From positions 163,710,212 through 163,774,211 of the forward strand of contig NC_092376.1 in NCBI RefSeq assembly GCF_030028105.1: a stretch of 64,000 nt of DNA. Reading direction: 5' to 3'. Positions 48,876 through 61,632 of this stretch are shown piece by piece (position 1 is the stretch's first letter; every line of letters begins with the position of its first letter). This DNA comes from Mobula birostris (lineage: Eukaryota). The position numbers and the translations under genes were made by a program. The notes under the pieces are model-generated. The model did not search any database. It saw nothing but the letters and a program-made list of their open reading frames with translations, and was not told the origin of the DNA.

Positions 48876-50792
48876 ACCAGTCCACAAGGGAGCATTTACA
48901 ATCCTGTCTTGTTCAATATTACGACAAATGATATTTTTTCTAAGGTTGATCCTGACATTTCTAACTCCTTATATGCAGATGATGGGACAGTATGGAAAAG
49001 GGGCAGGAATCTAAATTTTGTAAACAGGTTGCTGTACAGGGTGAGCACTGAGGGGTTTAAGTTTTCAACAGCAAAAACTCAGGTTATTTGTTTTAGTACA
49101 CAGGTCAATAGACCCATTGTTGACAGACTGTATGGGAAGATGTTGGAACAAGTATCTGTGATTAGGTTATTCTGTATGTGGATGGACGCCAAACTTACAT
49201 GGAAGTATCATGTCAATAAAATACTTGGGAGACGTAAGGTTGTCCGTCATATGTTTGGTGGGATATGATTGGGGGGAAATAGAGTATCAATGATTATTTT
49301 GTACTATGTATTGATTAAAGTAGTCTTAGACTATGGCTGTGTTGCCTATGGGTCTGCTACCCCGTCATTTTCGAAATTGCTGAATGGTGTTCAGTTCCAG
49401 GCTTCATGTCTATGTTGTGGTACCGTTAGGTCTTCTGCTGTCTCTGCTCTACAGGATCAGATGCCATAGTATTTGCGAAGATTGCAGATGGCTATGAATT
49501 ATTGGGGACGTCTCAGTGGTCCTGAAGATGATCATTCAACTAGAAATATATTGAAAGATTGTTGGGAACATCAAGATGACAAGATTTGCAGTTTTGGGTG
49601 GGAAGAAAATAAGCAGGCAGGGAACATGACTCTGTCTAATATGACTTATACTCCTAGTGTGACATTATCCATTATTTCCTTTACCTGGGGTAGATTTGAC
49701 TGTTCAGGGGAGGCCGTCAGATCGTGCCTGGAGTGTGTCTGAAGAGGTAGTGGTGACTCTGTATGTTCATTTTCAATATTATGGAATGGTTCTAGTGTTT
49801 ACAGATGACTCTGAAGACCCAGAGTCTCATAACACTGGGGGCAGTCTACATCCCAGAATTTCTGGTATTAATTAGAAAAGGGTTATCTAATAAACTTCCA
49901 ATTTATACCCTTGAAATGGTGGCAATCCTTCTTGCATTGCAGTGGATTGAGGATGTACAGTCTAATTGGGTTGTTGTCTGTTCTGATTCCTTCTTTGCAT
50001 TGTGTAGACAAAAGCTGGATGTGTCCAGTAGTTATCCAGACATTTTGTTGGAAGTTAGACCAACATTTAGGAGTATTTAGGAGTGTAGGTCTGCTTTTTG
50101 TGGATCCCAGTTCACGTAGGTGTAGAAGGGAATGAAGTAGTCTATAGGTAGGGTAAACAATCTATGAAGGTCAGTTCTGTTGATATTGATATTCCACTAA
50201 GTAAGTGGGAGGACAAAGGTTTTAATTAAGTACCATGGCAGGTACTGTGGAACACACAATTAAAATGGAATTCAGAAAAAGCTTACTTCACTTTGGAGGA
50301 GAGGAGGACCCAGAAGGGAGGTAGTTATAATTACTCAGCTTAGACTTGGCCATACTGTTTAAATGCAACATTGTTTATACTTGGTAAGCACACTTCAAGT
50401 GAATATTGACAGTGTCATCTTCAAGAGGCAGTCTCATCTGTTATTGAACTGTACCAGGGAAGCAATATTGTTACTTTGGATAGTTTGGCGGGGTACGGTC
50501 AAGAAGCACGAGAGAAACATAAGCAAATATTTAAGTTCTTGAAACGTGTTGTCTTGTTTAATACAATTTAAGTCAATAGCATTGGGTGTTTCTATTTTTA
50601 TTTAGTTAGTTATTATTATCATTATTGTCCTTATTGTTAGTATTATTTCTTCTTGTGGTGGTGGTGGTAGGTGTTGGGATCACTCTCCTGAATTCTCCTC
50701 ACACTCCAGTTCAGTAGATGGTGGTAATGCATGTTTTTAGTTGGTCTGCCAACCACCAATAACAAACACTAGAAGAAGAAGAAGAAGAAGAA
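48876..50792 (+). mobile_element. Nimb/I-clade LINE, 5'-truncated (RT plus RNase H)
   Basis: PQGSIYNPVLFNI, LYADD, LDYGCVAYGSA; RNase H IYTLEMVAILLALQWI..VVCSDS and WIPVHVGVEGNE; (AGA)n tail at 50771-50792. Confidence 0.88.
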
Positions 50793-51549
50793 GTGGAAGG
50801 CCTGACACATCCCAGCATCCTGCCTAGGTTTCCAATAATCTGCAACATTGTGCTGAAGCTTTTAATGTCTGATCAGGAGTAGCTTTCATACTTCAATATC
50901 TGTTTCACCCATATCAACTTCCCCCTGCCAGATCTTATAACCATGCATGTCTTTTACTTTACTTTATTGTCACCAAACAATTGATACTAAAGTGTACAAT
51001 CATCACAGCGATATTACACTGCGTCTGAGTTTGTGGACCCATTTAATGATAACATCAAAATCACTACAGTTTTGTACATTACAGGGTATCTTTTGCCACT
51101 GCTCTTCATTATGTATCACCTGAGGATTTATGGATTGTATGGACACCAGGCTCAAACATCAAATTGTATAGCACTGAGCTTAATACCAACAGATATTTGA
51201 ACAGCTATCCAGTCTAAAGCTCATTACAATGGTCCCGTGAGCTACCTCAGGTGGCACAAAACAAGAATGGAAGTAAGTCACCTCAATCACAAGGGACTGT
51301 CTATGATTGCTTATTATGTACAAGACAATCATCTGGCAACCTCTTTGAAAAAAATTCTTGTTTATTATTTGAATCATGTAGAGTAGCCATTTTAATGCCT
51401 GAATGTTGAAAATTCGCTTGGTAAAGCATAGGGACACTAAAGGTAACCTCATCTTCTTTAATCTCAGCAATGTGCATGACTCTTCATATATGTTGTTTGT
51501 TCCTGTCTTTCTCCCAGGTAGTGCTTGGAAGAACCAGAGAAGTTTTATA

Positions 51550-51922
51550 AGATTGAGGGGGTATCTGACTGAAATCTAGATCGAGTGGACATGGAGAGGA
51601 TGTTTCCTAATAATTAACGTAAGAGTTAAGGACCGGAGGGCACCGCCTAGAATAGAAGAATACCCCTTTAGATCAGGGATTGTGAAGAATGTCTTTAATC
51701 AGAGTGTGGTGGATCTGTGGGATTTATCGCCACAGATGGCTAAGGAAGTCAAGTCATTGGGTATATTTAAAGCTGAGGGTGATAGGTTCTTGATTACTAA
51801 GGGCATCAAAGGTTATGGGAAGAAAGCAGGAGAGTGATGTTGAGAGGGAAAATAAATCAGCTATGTTGAATGGCAGAGCAGACTTGATGCAATTCTGCTC
51901 CTGTCTGAAGGTTTTATGGTCT
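51550..51922 (+). mobile_element. CR1 3' fragment
   Basis: Similar to 15640-16020. Confidence 0.75.
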
Positions 51923-52966
51923 TTTTCCCAGACTAAGGACAAGTATCCAAAGCACTGTTTCTTCATATTACTTAAGGCACAAGTATAAGGATAATACAGA
52001 GTAGCTTCCAGCTGCTTTGGATGATTGCAAATCTATTTCCCAGCATAAAAGGAGCTGAGCTGATGAAAAGAGGAAGCTTGGAGAGTAGAGAGGGTCCACT
52101 GGAGGTGTGTCACTGACAGCAAATTACTACAGAGGACAGCTCTTCTTAATCCAAATCAACTACTGAGGCTGGAGGGAGGATAATTCTCTAACGGGGATAC
52201 ACTTTATCAGAAAGACTACAATTGTTTCCCACAGGAGATGCAGTCTACAGAAGCACACGCAACCATCTGCATGATAGTGCCACTGGCAGTGACGGTCAAT
52301 GATACTCATTAAATGTCTGGTCATCTGGAACGTGCCTCTACCTACAGGGAGCATGGGAGCAGGAAGCTTAAGGACATTCAAAGGGAATCTAGGTGGAAAG
52401 ACTAAACACAGAAAGATTAGACATGACTTTCAACCTCCTCATCCCCTAGAATGAGTTGAAGATCCAATATTAATATTGAAAGGTCGAAATGCAGATCTGC
52501 TTAAACTTATTGATGTAATGTATGGCACAGAAATCTAGAAATTCTATAACTTTGCACAATGTTTGGAGATCTTAAATAATTGAATTTTCAAAGGGATAAG
52601 AAACCTTTGTCAACTGAGATCAGTTTTGTTGAATATAGATTGCCAATTCTATGATTTTCTCTGCAAGTACACAGAAATGCATGTAGGAACCAAGAGCTAT
52701 GCAGTAGTAGCCAATTGGTCAGATGTGCATGACCTGAGCTAATGCAGGACGCTGTTCAGAAACGTGTATAATCACATTGCCTGCTTCATCAGAAGTTAAA
52801 TTTGATCTCTCTGGGTAGGATGTAGTCCACAGAGATTGGTGAATATTTGTTTCAGATCCATCTACATTAACATAAAGGCTGAGTCTGCTTCAGTCCCCGC
52901 AATCCTCATCTGAAGTTAACACCTCAACACCTATGTGGCCAATCAGAACTCCACACACCCTTACCC

Positions 52967-54126
52967 CTGCGGCCAATGGCAACACCACCACATATATTCT
53001 GAATGCTCAGGTCCAAATCTCATGGTCTGATCGGCTATTCTCCCAATGATTAATAAACCAATTTTCCATACAACACAAGCCACTCGTAATAATGCTCTCC
53101 TCTCTCATCATCTGTGTTACGTACCCCGTAACTGGGTTGCCAATCCAGCAGAAATGGACCACTCAGTTGGAGTCTGGATTACTGGAACTAAGAAAGTTTT
53201 ATTAAAGAAATAAGCAACACAGTACTCTAATCACAAGGATAATAAATGCAACAGTTCAGCAATGATAAAACACACATGTACACAGAACTAGGATAATAGG
53301 ATCAATCAAGCTCTATCGCAGTCTAGGGGTAAATGACCAGTTTCAAGTGACGCAAAGTTCAGTTCAATTGAGTTCAGTTCGCAGTAATCACTGTTGTGCC
53401 ATTGGGCGGGGAAAAGGAGAGAGAGCGAAAGCAAATGAATATTCAAAACGGATTCCACACAGACCTTCGATATTCCTCGCAGTTAGCTTTCAGGCGAGTC
53501 CTTGGTAATGTCTTCCGAGGTCACCGACTGTGACCCCTCCGTTCCAGATACGATTGTTCTTCTGTGGTGAACCCAGCACCCAGGCAAGGGTGGACACACA
53601 CACCAGGTTCCCGCCGATCCGTACCTTTCTACCCTGTGCGTCTATGGCTGGTCCCGCGACCACACCTCCAACAACTCTCACCAACTAGTGGGGGGGTGCA
53701 CACTGCTTTCAGGGTCTCGTTACCTCATGGAGTCGTGTGTCCCTTGCCTTAGCGAACCTGTCCCTTTTTATCCCCTTGCTGGGGTATCGCCTGTCCATCA
53801 CTTCAAACAGTTCAGGGTTCAAAAGAAGCCGGTCTTGACAATACTCAGACCGGTGTCTCCTTCCGTTAAACTCTCTCGTCTCTTCATTAACATTTCCAAA
53901 TGCTGCTCCATTGTCTTACTTATCTCTCTCTCCTGAAGACAGGTGGCAGATCAACTGTTGATCCCACTGATGCTAGCGCTGCGGCCAATAGCAACACCAC
54001 CACATATATTCTGAATGCTCAGGTCCAAATCTCATGGTCTGATCAGCCATTCTCCCAGTGATTAATAAACCAATTTTCCATACAACACAAGCCACTCGTA
54101 ATAATGCTCTCCTCTCTCATCATCTG
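52967..54126 (+). repeat. 148-bp direct repeats (52967-53114, 53979-54126) flanking an LTR
   Basis: ctgcggccaat...ctctcatcatctg occurs twice, with 4 mismatches by manual comparison. Confidence 0.93.
53115..53978 (-). mobile_element. Solo LTR, truncated at its 5' end
   Basis: Starts TGTTAC and is reverse-complement homologous to 54471-55291. No terminal ...ACA at the right junction. Confidence 0.85.
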
Positions 54127-54309
54127 CAATCCATGACCAACAAGATCTTGCACCTTGTGTGAAAGAAATAATAGTCACAGACCCTTCAGAGATTCAAGAT
54201 TCAAGGCTGTTTAATATCATTTTCGGTACACATATGTAACGGAGAATAAAGTAATTGTAACTCCAGACCTGATGCAGCACAAAAAAACACAATAAGAAAA
54301 ATTATATTT

Positions 54310-54445
54310 CAGTCCTGAAGAAGGGTCTTGGCTTGAAACATTGACTGTTTATTTATTCCATAATGCTGCCTGTCCTGCTGAGTTCCTCCAGAATTTTTTG
54401 TGAGTTGCTTTGGATCTTCAGCATCTGCAAACTTTTTCATGTTTA
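54310..54445 (+). mobile_element. Short Penelope-derived element with hammerhead-like core
   Basis: cagtc-CTGAAGA-agggtcttggctt-GAAA-cATT-gactg. Confidence 0.7.
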
Positions 54446-54470
54446 TAATAAGAAATATAACTCAATAATA

Positions 54471-55291
54471 TGTGACGACAAAAAAAGTTATCAGAAGATT
54501 GATGCTGATGAGAGATATAAGGAAGACAATGGAGGAACGTTCAAAATGTTAATGAGAGAGATTAACGAGAAAGAAACACATTTCAGAATATTGACAGACC
54601 GGTTGCTTTGAACCTGAACTGTTTGAAGTTTGATGGACAGGTAATACCCCAGCAGGAGGATAAAAAGAACAGGTTCACTAAGGCACGACACACACCACGA
54701 GATCACAAGATAATGAGACCCTGGAAGAGCGGTGTGCCCCCACAAGTTGGTGGAAGTTGGAGGTCTGGTTCGAGGGAACCGACCATAGACTGACAGGGTG
54801 AAAAGGGATGATCAGCAGGAACCTGGTCTGTGTGTCCGCCCTTGCCTGGGTGCCGGGTTCGCCGCGGAAGAACGGTCATATCCGGAATGGAGGGGTCACA
54901 GTCGGTGACCACAGAAGACATAAAAGGGTTCGCCCGAAAGCTAACTGCGAAGAACATCAAAGGTCTGTTTGAATCAAAATTTGCATCCTCTCTCTCTCTC
55001 CAACGGCACAACAGCGATTACTGTGAACTGTGCTAAGCTGAACTGAACTCTGTGTCACTTGAGACTGATCATTTTACGCCTAGACTGCGATAGAGCTTGG
55101 TTGATTCCTATTACCCTAGTTCTGTGTACATGTGTGTTTTATCATTGCTAACCTGTTGCATTTATATCCTTACAATTAGAGCATTGTGTTACTTATTTCT
55201 TTAATAAAATTTTATTCGTTTCTCTTAAACCAGACTCCAACACGTGGTCCATTTCTGCTGGTTTGGCAACCCAGTTACAGAGTATGTAACA
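54471..55291 (+). mobile_element. Solo LTR (821 bp)
   Basis: TGTGAC...GTAACA termini, 4-bp TSD AATA (54467-54470, 55292-55295), AATAAA at 55203. Confidence 0.88.
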
Positions 55292-56127
55292 AATAAAAAC
55301 ACACAAATATAAATACATAAAGATAGCTTATATTGTTTGATCGTTATATTCATAAAGTGACACTAGTCACAGGGGTGTGTACTTAAGATGACTGACAGGA
55401 CATGATGGGGGATGTGGAGGGGTGAGTTAGTGGGTGGGTGGGTTAAGGTATTGGTCAGCTTTAAAACTTAGGGAAGTAACTGTTTTTAAGTCTGGTGGTC
55501 CTGGCGTAGATGCTACATAGCCTCCTCCCTGATGGAAGTGGGACAAACAGTCCAAGAGCAGGGTGAGATCCTTCATGATGTTATTGGCCCTTTTCCAGCA
55601 CCTTCCGATATATATACAGTATGTCCTTGATGGTGGATAGGCTGCTGCTTCTATCTCAATGTTAAAAAAAGCCTTATCTCAAATTTGCAAGCACAGGAGG
55701 ATTTCGAGGCTGAAGTCTCTCCAGTGAGTGAGCCTAAATTCACATCATCTGTGTACAAAAAATGTTTTAATGCATTTGAGTCTCAACATCTATTAAAGAA
55801 GCTCACACAAAGAAAATAATATAATTATTTCTCACAATGCTCTTTTGTGATTGAAGTCATCCTTTTTGATATAATTTAAAAATACATTACCTCTGTGTTA
55901 CTTGATGCCTGCTATTTTGACATAGGTATTAATCTAAATAAAGGATGTGAAATTGAACTCATAGCATCCATTATGATTACAAGTACCATTTCTGGACCAA
56001 ATAGCATCCACTGAGGGAACGTGCACATTTTTGGCATTAACCATATTGAAGAGAACATCAGCAGGCAAGGACTGAACATCCATTAGAAGTGTCTAAGCCA
56101 GTCAAATGATGGTGATATTCAGTCTAT

Positions 56128-56670
56128 TTTAGAGTCATGGAATTATGGCATGGAAACAGATCCTTCAGTACAACTTATCCACACCAACAAGATGCCCACC
56201 TGAGCTAGTCCCATTCCTCACAATCTTTCCTATCCATGCACCTCTCCAAATGTCTTTAAAATGTTGCTGTTCTACCTGCCTCCACCACTTTCTCTAGATC
56301 TTGTTCATATACAGTATGTATCATCCTCGGTATGAAAATATTCCTCCTCAGGTTCGTATTAAATCTCTCCCCTCACACATTAAACATATGCCCTCTAGGT
56401 CTTGATTCCCCATTCCTGGGGAAAGGACTTTGTGCATTCACATACCTATGCCTCTCATGATTTTATATACCTCCATAACATTACCCATCAATGTCTTATA
56501 TTCTAAGGAGTAATGGCCAAGCCTGCTGAGCCTCTTCCAATCACCCAGTGCCTCGAGTACTGGCAACATCCTCATATATCTTCTTTTCACTCTTTCTAGA
56601 CTCATGGTATCTTTCCTGTGGCAGGGTAACAAAAACTGTATGCAATACTGCAAGTTTGGCGGCACCACTT
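56128..56670 (-). mobile_element. Old CR1 3' fragment
   Basis: ORF 56438-56668 reads PNLQYCIQF..LERVKRRYMRMLP..EVYKIMRGI. Confidence 0.8.
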
Positions 56671-57324
56671 GGAGGTTCTGTTGTGCTTGATTGACAGTAA
56701 TTTAGAGAGAGGAAGGACACCTCTTCCAAAAGCATTAACCTGATCCTTATTGAAAAAGAATGTTTGAAATGGCCATTGCTGAGCTTTTCCTGCCCAGATG
56801 GTTTGATTACATTGCATAAGAGTTTAGAATCATTAAAGATTTCACCCAGCACGATTTTCTTTCCATATACATCTAAATAAGGGGAGCTTGGATATCTGAG
56901 TGGTGAATGTGTGGGGAAGATCACAGAGAAGAAAATCCAGCCCACTATATCTATTTCTACTATTTTCGATATTAATGCCTGTTAATGCTACAGAGCAAGA
57001 TCTCTATTCCATATTACAAAGAACATACAGCAGAATACAGACCCTTCAGCCCACGATGTTGTACTGACCTTTTAACCTACTCTGAAAGCAATCTAAGACT
57101 TTACTCCTACACGGGCCTCCATCTTGCTATCATCCATACTCTTTCAGATTAAGCATTCCATTCATAGAATAATCCACATTATAGATCCATATTATTTTTA
57201 TGTATTGGATGCAAATGCTAATCTTAATTCAATATTATGTTTGTTTAATTAATATTATGCATATACAATGATTTTAAAAAGGGACATTCACTTATTCTAT
57301 TTGTTTATACAATTTGTAAACATT

Positions 57325-57495
57325 CACAAGATCACAAGACAAAGGAGCAGAAGTAGGCCATTCGGCCCATCGAGTCTGCTCCGCCACTCCACAATGAGCT
57401 AAGCTATTCTCCCATCTAGTTCCAATTTCTGGCTTTTCCCCATATCCCTTGATACCCTAACTAATTAGATACCTATCAATCTCCTCCTTAAATGT
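57325..57495 (-). mobile_element. CR1 3' terminal fragment
   Basis: cacaagatcacaagacaaaggagcagaagtaggccattcggcccatcgagtctgctcc. Confidence 0.75.
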
Positions 57496-58144
57496 TTCTG
57501 GAAGACTAACTTGCTCCATGAGGTATGGATTTTGAATGTTGCTAGGATAAATATATCCAAACTTGAGTTCCTCGTCTGAACTTTTGTAGAAAATATTATT
57601 TGCTTCAAGTTCAAGTTTAATTATCATTGAACCATACATGAATAACCATGAATATAGTCAAACGAAACAGTGTTCCTCCAGGACCAAGGTACAAAACACA
57701 GTCCCAGCAGTCATACACAGCACAAGGCACATATGGCACCAATAATTAAGAAACAGTAACCATATAGTCACATAAAAATAAAAATATATAGCCCAAGTCC
57801 CTGAGTAACATGTCCTGTAAACTGATGGTGCATGGGTGTCGTCGGCAAGAACAAACAGTTCTCAGCAGTCCACAGACAAACATATGCATGCACGCGCACA
57901 CACAATCCAGTTTATCTTCCAATGAGCAAACTCTGGAGGGGCAGCTCCAACAGGATTGGCCAGCTCCCAACCCAGCAAGAATGCCGCACCAGACCACTTT
58001 CGATGGTTCCACTCCGGGCCTTCTGCAACAGCCAAGTCAGCGCCATATGGCCTAGTCCTTGCTACAGCCGAGGCCAAGCAACTCCCCCATGGTCAATCTC
58101 ACCATAAACCAGTGAATCAGTTGTATTTTACATTACTGACGTTC

Positions 58145-58500
58145 AACAAAGGTTCAAAGGTCCATTTTTTATCAAAGCATGTATCTGTATACAACCCTGA
58201 AATTTGTCTTCTCCAGATAGCCACGAGACAAGAAAGAACATGAAAGTCATCCAGAAACATCAACCCCAGCCCCCCACCATCCACACAAAGTGGAACAGGA
58301 ACATCGACCCCCAACATACACCCTCTCTCCTGCACAAAAAAATCTAGCAGCACCTCAACTCCCAAACACCCTCCCCTCACACAATAAAAAGGAAAATGAA
58401 CAGGTGATCCTTGTGATTGCAACAAGATCTTGCAATCACAAGAAAAACATCCAAAACAATCACTGTCTGTTAGGCTGTGTATTGACTTCAATGCCTCTCA
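58145..58500 (-). repeat. Unclassified repeat (family of 23180-23925)
   Basis: aaaggttcaaaggtcca...tcttctccagatagcca. Confidence 0.5.
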
Positions 58501-59103
58501 GTGGCAAGCAGCAACACCAAGTCCAGCTTCTCCAGCTCTTCCTCTATCGAGCAACTCAATGATGGGGTAGACCTGCAGTACCTGAAGTTCTTAATGTCTG
58601 GCAGTGTATTGCACTCATAAAAAAGATGTTTTTTTTTAAAAAAGAGATTAACAAACCTTCTATTGGCCCATGAGAGGCTGTTGCATTCAAATGCACCAAC
58701 ATCTTACCAGTTCATAGAACTCCCTCCACGATCTTGATATAACTATTGATATGCTTGTACTAAATTGCTGAAATCCTTTATTTTAAATAGCCGGAAGAGG
58801 AATTTGGTGGAAGCATTTTAAATGTTAAAGAATAACATCACTAGCAATAAATTCTGCTATGCAGTCTGCGTCTTCTTTGCAGCAGTACATTCATAATAAA
58901 GTTTTTATTGATGGTAGGGACCACTCCTTGACATGCAAAAAAAGGTACATTTATCCCACTGGTATAATTCAGAACTAAATCCAAACCAATGCAGAGCAAA
59001 CAAACATGAAAAACTAAAATCATCCTAATCCCTGAACAATAGTTAATCCAGGTTGAATGTTGCATTTGTGTTTGTCCAACGTTCAGTTGTTAATTATTTC
59101 CTT

Positions 59104-59106
<3 letters not shown>

Positions 59107-59148
<42 letters not shown>
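59107..59148. repeat. (CT)n microsatellite
   Basis: Read directly from the sequence. Confidence 0.95.
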
Positions 59149-59152
<4 letters not shown>

Positions 59153-59992
59153 GTAATTAAATATTCAGCATTCCAAGGTTTACATGGTGATCTTTGTAAC
59201 AAGATAACATTCAAACCCTTAAATCTGTTCCAATCACCTGTCTGAGATCAACTCTACTTTAATGAGAAAAGTGGTGATCCCAACTTGAAAATTCCTCTCA
59301 GTGTTTTGCATTGCAAACAAAATGAGGCACCTTCCATTTTTCGCCCAAAAGGATCAAGTTAATTACATTGTAATTGATCCTTCTGGTTGAGTAAGGCCCA
59401 GATAAAAGACTCCCTGCCCTGAGGGTGTCCTTGGAGTGAATGAACATGTGAAGCAGCAGTGCCATCAAGTGGAATTATTGAAAGCTAGCCATCAGACAAG
59501 ATGATTTGTGTTGCCTGGAATGTGAGCTGTTCCAGATTCTAGAGAAGCCAAATTATCTGCATTAAATCTACAGCCTTTGCCCAAGGCAGATTTAATGCTG
59601 TTTAGTTTGTCAGGTGATTGCATGTCTGGAACTCCTTGGAATGAATAATTATGAAGGAAGAGAGGAAATAGCAATAAAAGAGAGCAGAAAAACAAGCAAA
59701 AAACAAGCAGCAACCTCAGTAAATTACAAAATCACTATAACCGTGGCAAAAGACATTTGAAATAGAAGCAAGAATTGACTAGCGTCCTGTTATTCAATAA
59801 AATCAGGTCCTCATTTCTGCCTTTCTTCTTGTTTACCATCTGCTTAGACCAGAAATGTAGTCTATCATGATTTTGAACATATTCAATGATTATGAATCCA
59901 TAACTCTTTGAGGTGGAGAATGCCAAAGATTCACAACTGGCTTATCTCCATCCATCCCATTAACCAGTCATCCCTTATTCTAAATTCATGAC

Positions 59993-60516
59993 AAGCAACA
60001 CACACAAAAGTTGCTGGTGAACACAGCAGGCCAGGCAGCATCTCTAGGAAGAGGTACAGTCGATGTTTCAGGCCGAGACCCTTCATCAGGACTAACTGAA
60101 AGAAGAGCTAGTAAGAGATTTGAAAGTGGGAAGGGGAGGGGGAGATCTGAAATGAGTGAGTCTGAGTCAAAATGTGGTTGAAAAGTTGAAGAGCTGAAGA
60201 AATTACAGATGGGGAGCAGTGAGAGATGGTTTCACTGAACTCCCGTCGAAGAGAAGATTTAAACTTCTTCAGTGTAGACATCACCGGAAGAGGCTTCGCA
60301 GTAGTGAATTTAAAAACGCAAACACAAGGAAATCTGCAGATGCTGGAATTTCAAGCAACACACATGAGAGTTGCTGGTGAACGCAGCAGGCCAGGCAGCA
60401 TCTCTAGGAAGAGGTACAGTCGACGTTTCGGGCCGAGACACCACGTCAGGACTAAGTGAAAGAAGAGCTAGTAAGAGATTTGAAAGTGGGAGGGGGAGCG
60501 GGGAGATCCGAAATGA
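59993..60516 (-). mobile_element. Internally deleted Penelope: pLTR, ORF start, pLTR
   Basis: Two direct pLTR copies (59993-60154, about 60318-60516) flank an ATG at 60281 reading MSTLKKFKSSLRREFSETISHCSPSVISSALQLFNH. Confidence 0.8.
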
Positions 60517-60779
60517 CCCTTAGTTATAGATTCCTCAACATGTACTCTTTCAAACCCCTACAAAATCTAGTGTGTTTCAGTAAGTTCCAATGCAAGCATA
60601 TTATCACTTAAACTTTCATACTTCCATGAGAGAGGGCAAGACAATGAAGAGTTGTGCAGACAAGGATGAGACCATTTAAATTATGGTGCTTGTCATCTCA
60701 AATTTAACGTGGTTGTCTGGGAACAAGCTTGAGAGTTTAGCTTTAAGTGAAGTAAAGAGGATAACTCCATTCAAATTCA

Positions 60780-61072
60780 CTTGCCCCATCATTGAAATGT
60801 TTCCACAACCAACGGACTCACTTTCAGGGACTTTACATCTCATGTTTTCAATATTTATTGTTTATTTATTATTATTATTGTTTCCTTCTTTATGTGTTTA
60901 CACAGTTTGTGGACCTCTGGTTGAATGCCAAGTTGGGTAGTCTTTTGTAGATTTCATTCTTGGTTTTAATTCTATAGATTTATTGAACATGCTCGCAAGA
61001 ACATGGATCTCAGGGCTGTATATGGTGACATATATGTACTTTGATGCCAAATTTACCTTTAAACTTTGAAGT
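60780..61072 (+). repeat. LINE 3' tail fragment (copies at 36970-37255, 40120-40460; reverse at 27240-27530)
   Basis: Shared gaatctcagggctgtatatggtgacatatatgtactttgat...aaatttac motif. Confidence 0.65.
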
Positions 61073-61559
61073 GAAAACTTGAAGCCGATACCTGTAATTT
61101 GGATTATTAGAATGGGTGAAAGAGAAAGAATAAATTGAATTTGCCCTGTCATAAATTGGAATAGAAAAGCCAACCTTTGTGTTAAACCCTGAAAATTAGA
61201 CAGAGGGTAGTTAGAGTAGTTAATAAAAGTTCTTTGCAAGTTAATTGCTTTTACTTCATGAATGCTAGTTGTAAAGAGTGTCAGGTGTAAACCTCAAGAG
61301 TTTTAATCTTAAAGAGTGTGATCTTGCCTTTAATGGAGTCAACTAACTTTCTTCAGCCAACTCCTCATGTCCCACTCCATCTCACCCATATCCTACTCAC
61401 TTGGACAAATGAGCTTGATTTCCACTGAGCAAAAATAGGGGCCTTCGTTAAAAGTGCTAATCCAGTAGATACAATTCAAAATTTCAGTCAAAGTCCTATA
61501 GTTTACAGAGTTCTGATCTGGGCTTCAGAAGAAACCACAGAGTCTCTTATGCTACAACA

Positions 61560-61587
61560 GATGCACGTATGTGCACGCGTGCGCGCG

Positions 61588-61631
<44 letters not shown>
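61560..61631. repeat. Alternating purine-pyrimidine tract plus (CA)n microsatellite
   Basis: atgcacgtatgtgcacgcgtgcgcgcg followed by about 21 CA units. Confidence 0.95.

Positions 61632-61632
<1 letters not shown>

Larger units (their letters stand above)
44319..50807 (-). mobile_element. Degraded sushi-like (chromovirus) Gypsy element with nested Penelope and Nimb/I LINE
   Basis: Gag LCQGSCNVLDYTVEFRTLAVECGWN, protease [22 protein letters not shown], integrase CLHCAQ..RQPSGLL, RITPTFHVS and a chromodomain-like remnant. 3' LTR about 44319-44635. Termini TGTCAGG/CCTGACA with 5-bp TSD CATCC (44314-44318, 50808-50812). Confidence 0.85.

Noticed and set aside
48753-49268. 171-aa ORF with a novel N-terminus and RT motifs
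   Set aside because: The N-terminus is antisense sushi gag joined to a truncated LINE.
56541-56945. 134-aa ORF as a host exon
   Set aside because: It runs into a CR1 fragment and shows no recognisable domain or convincing splice sites.
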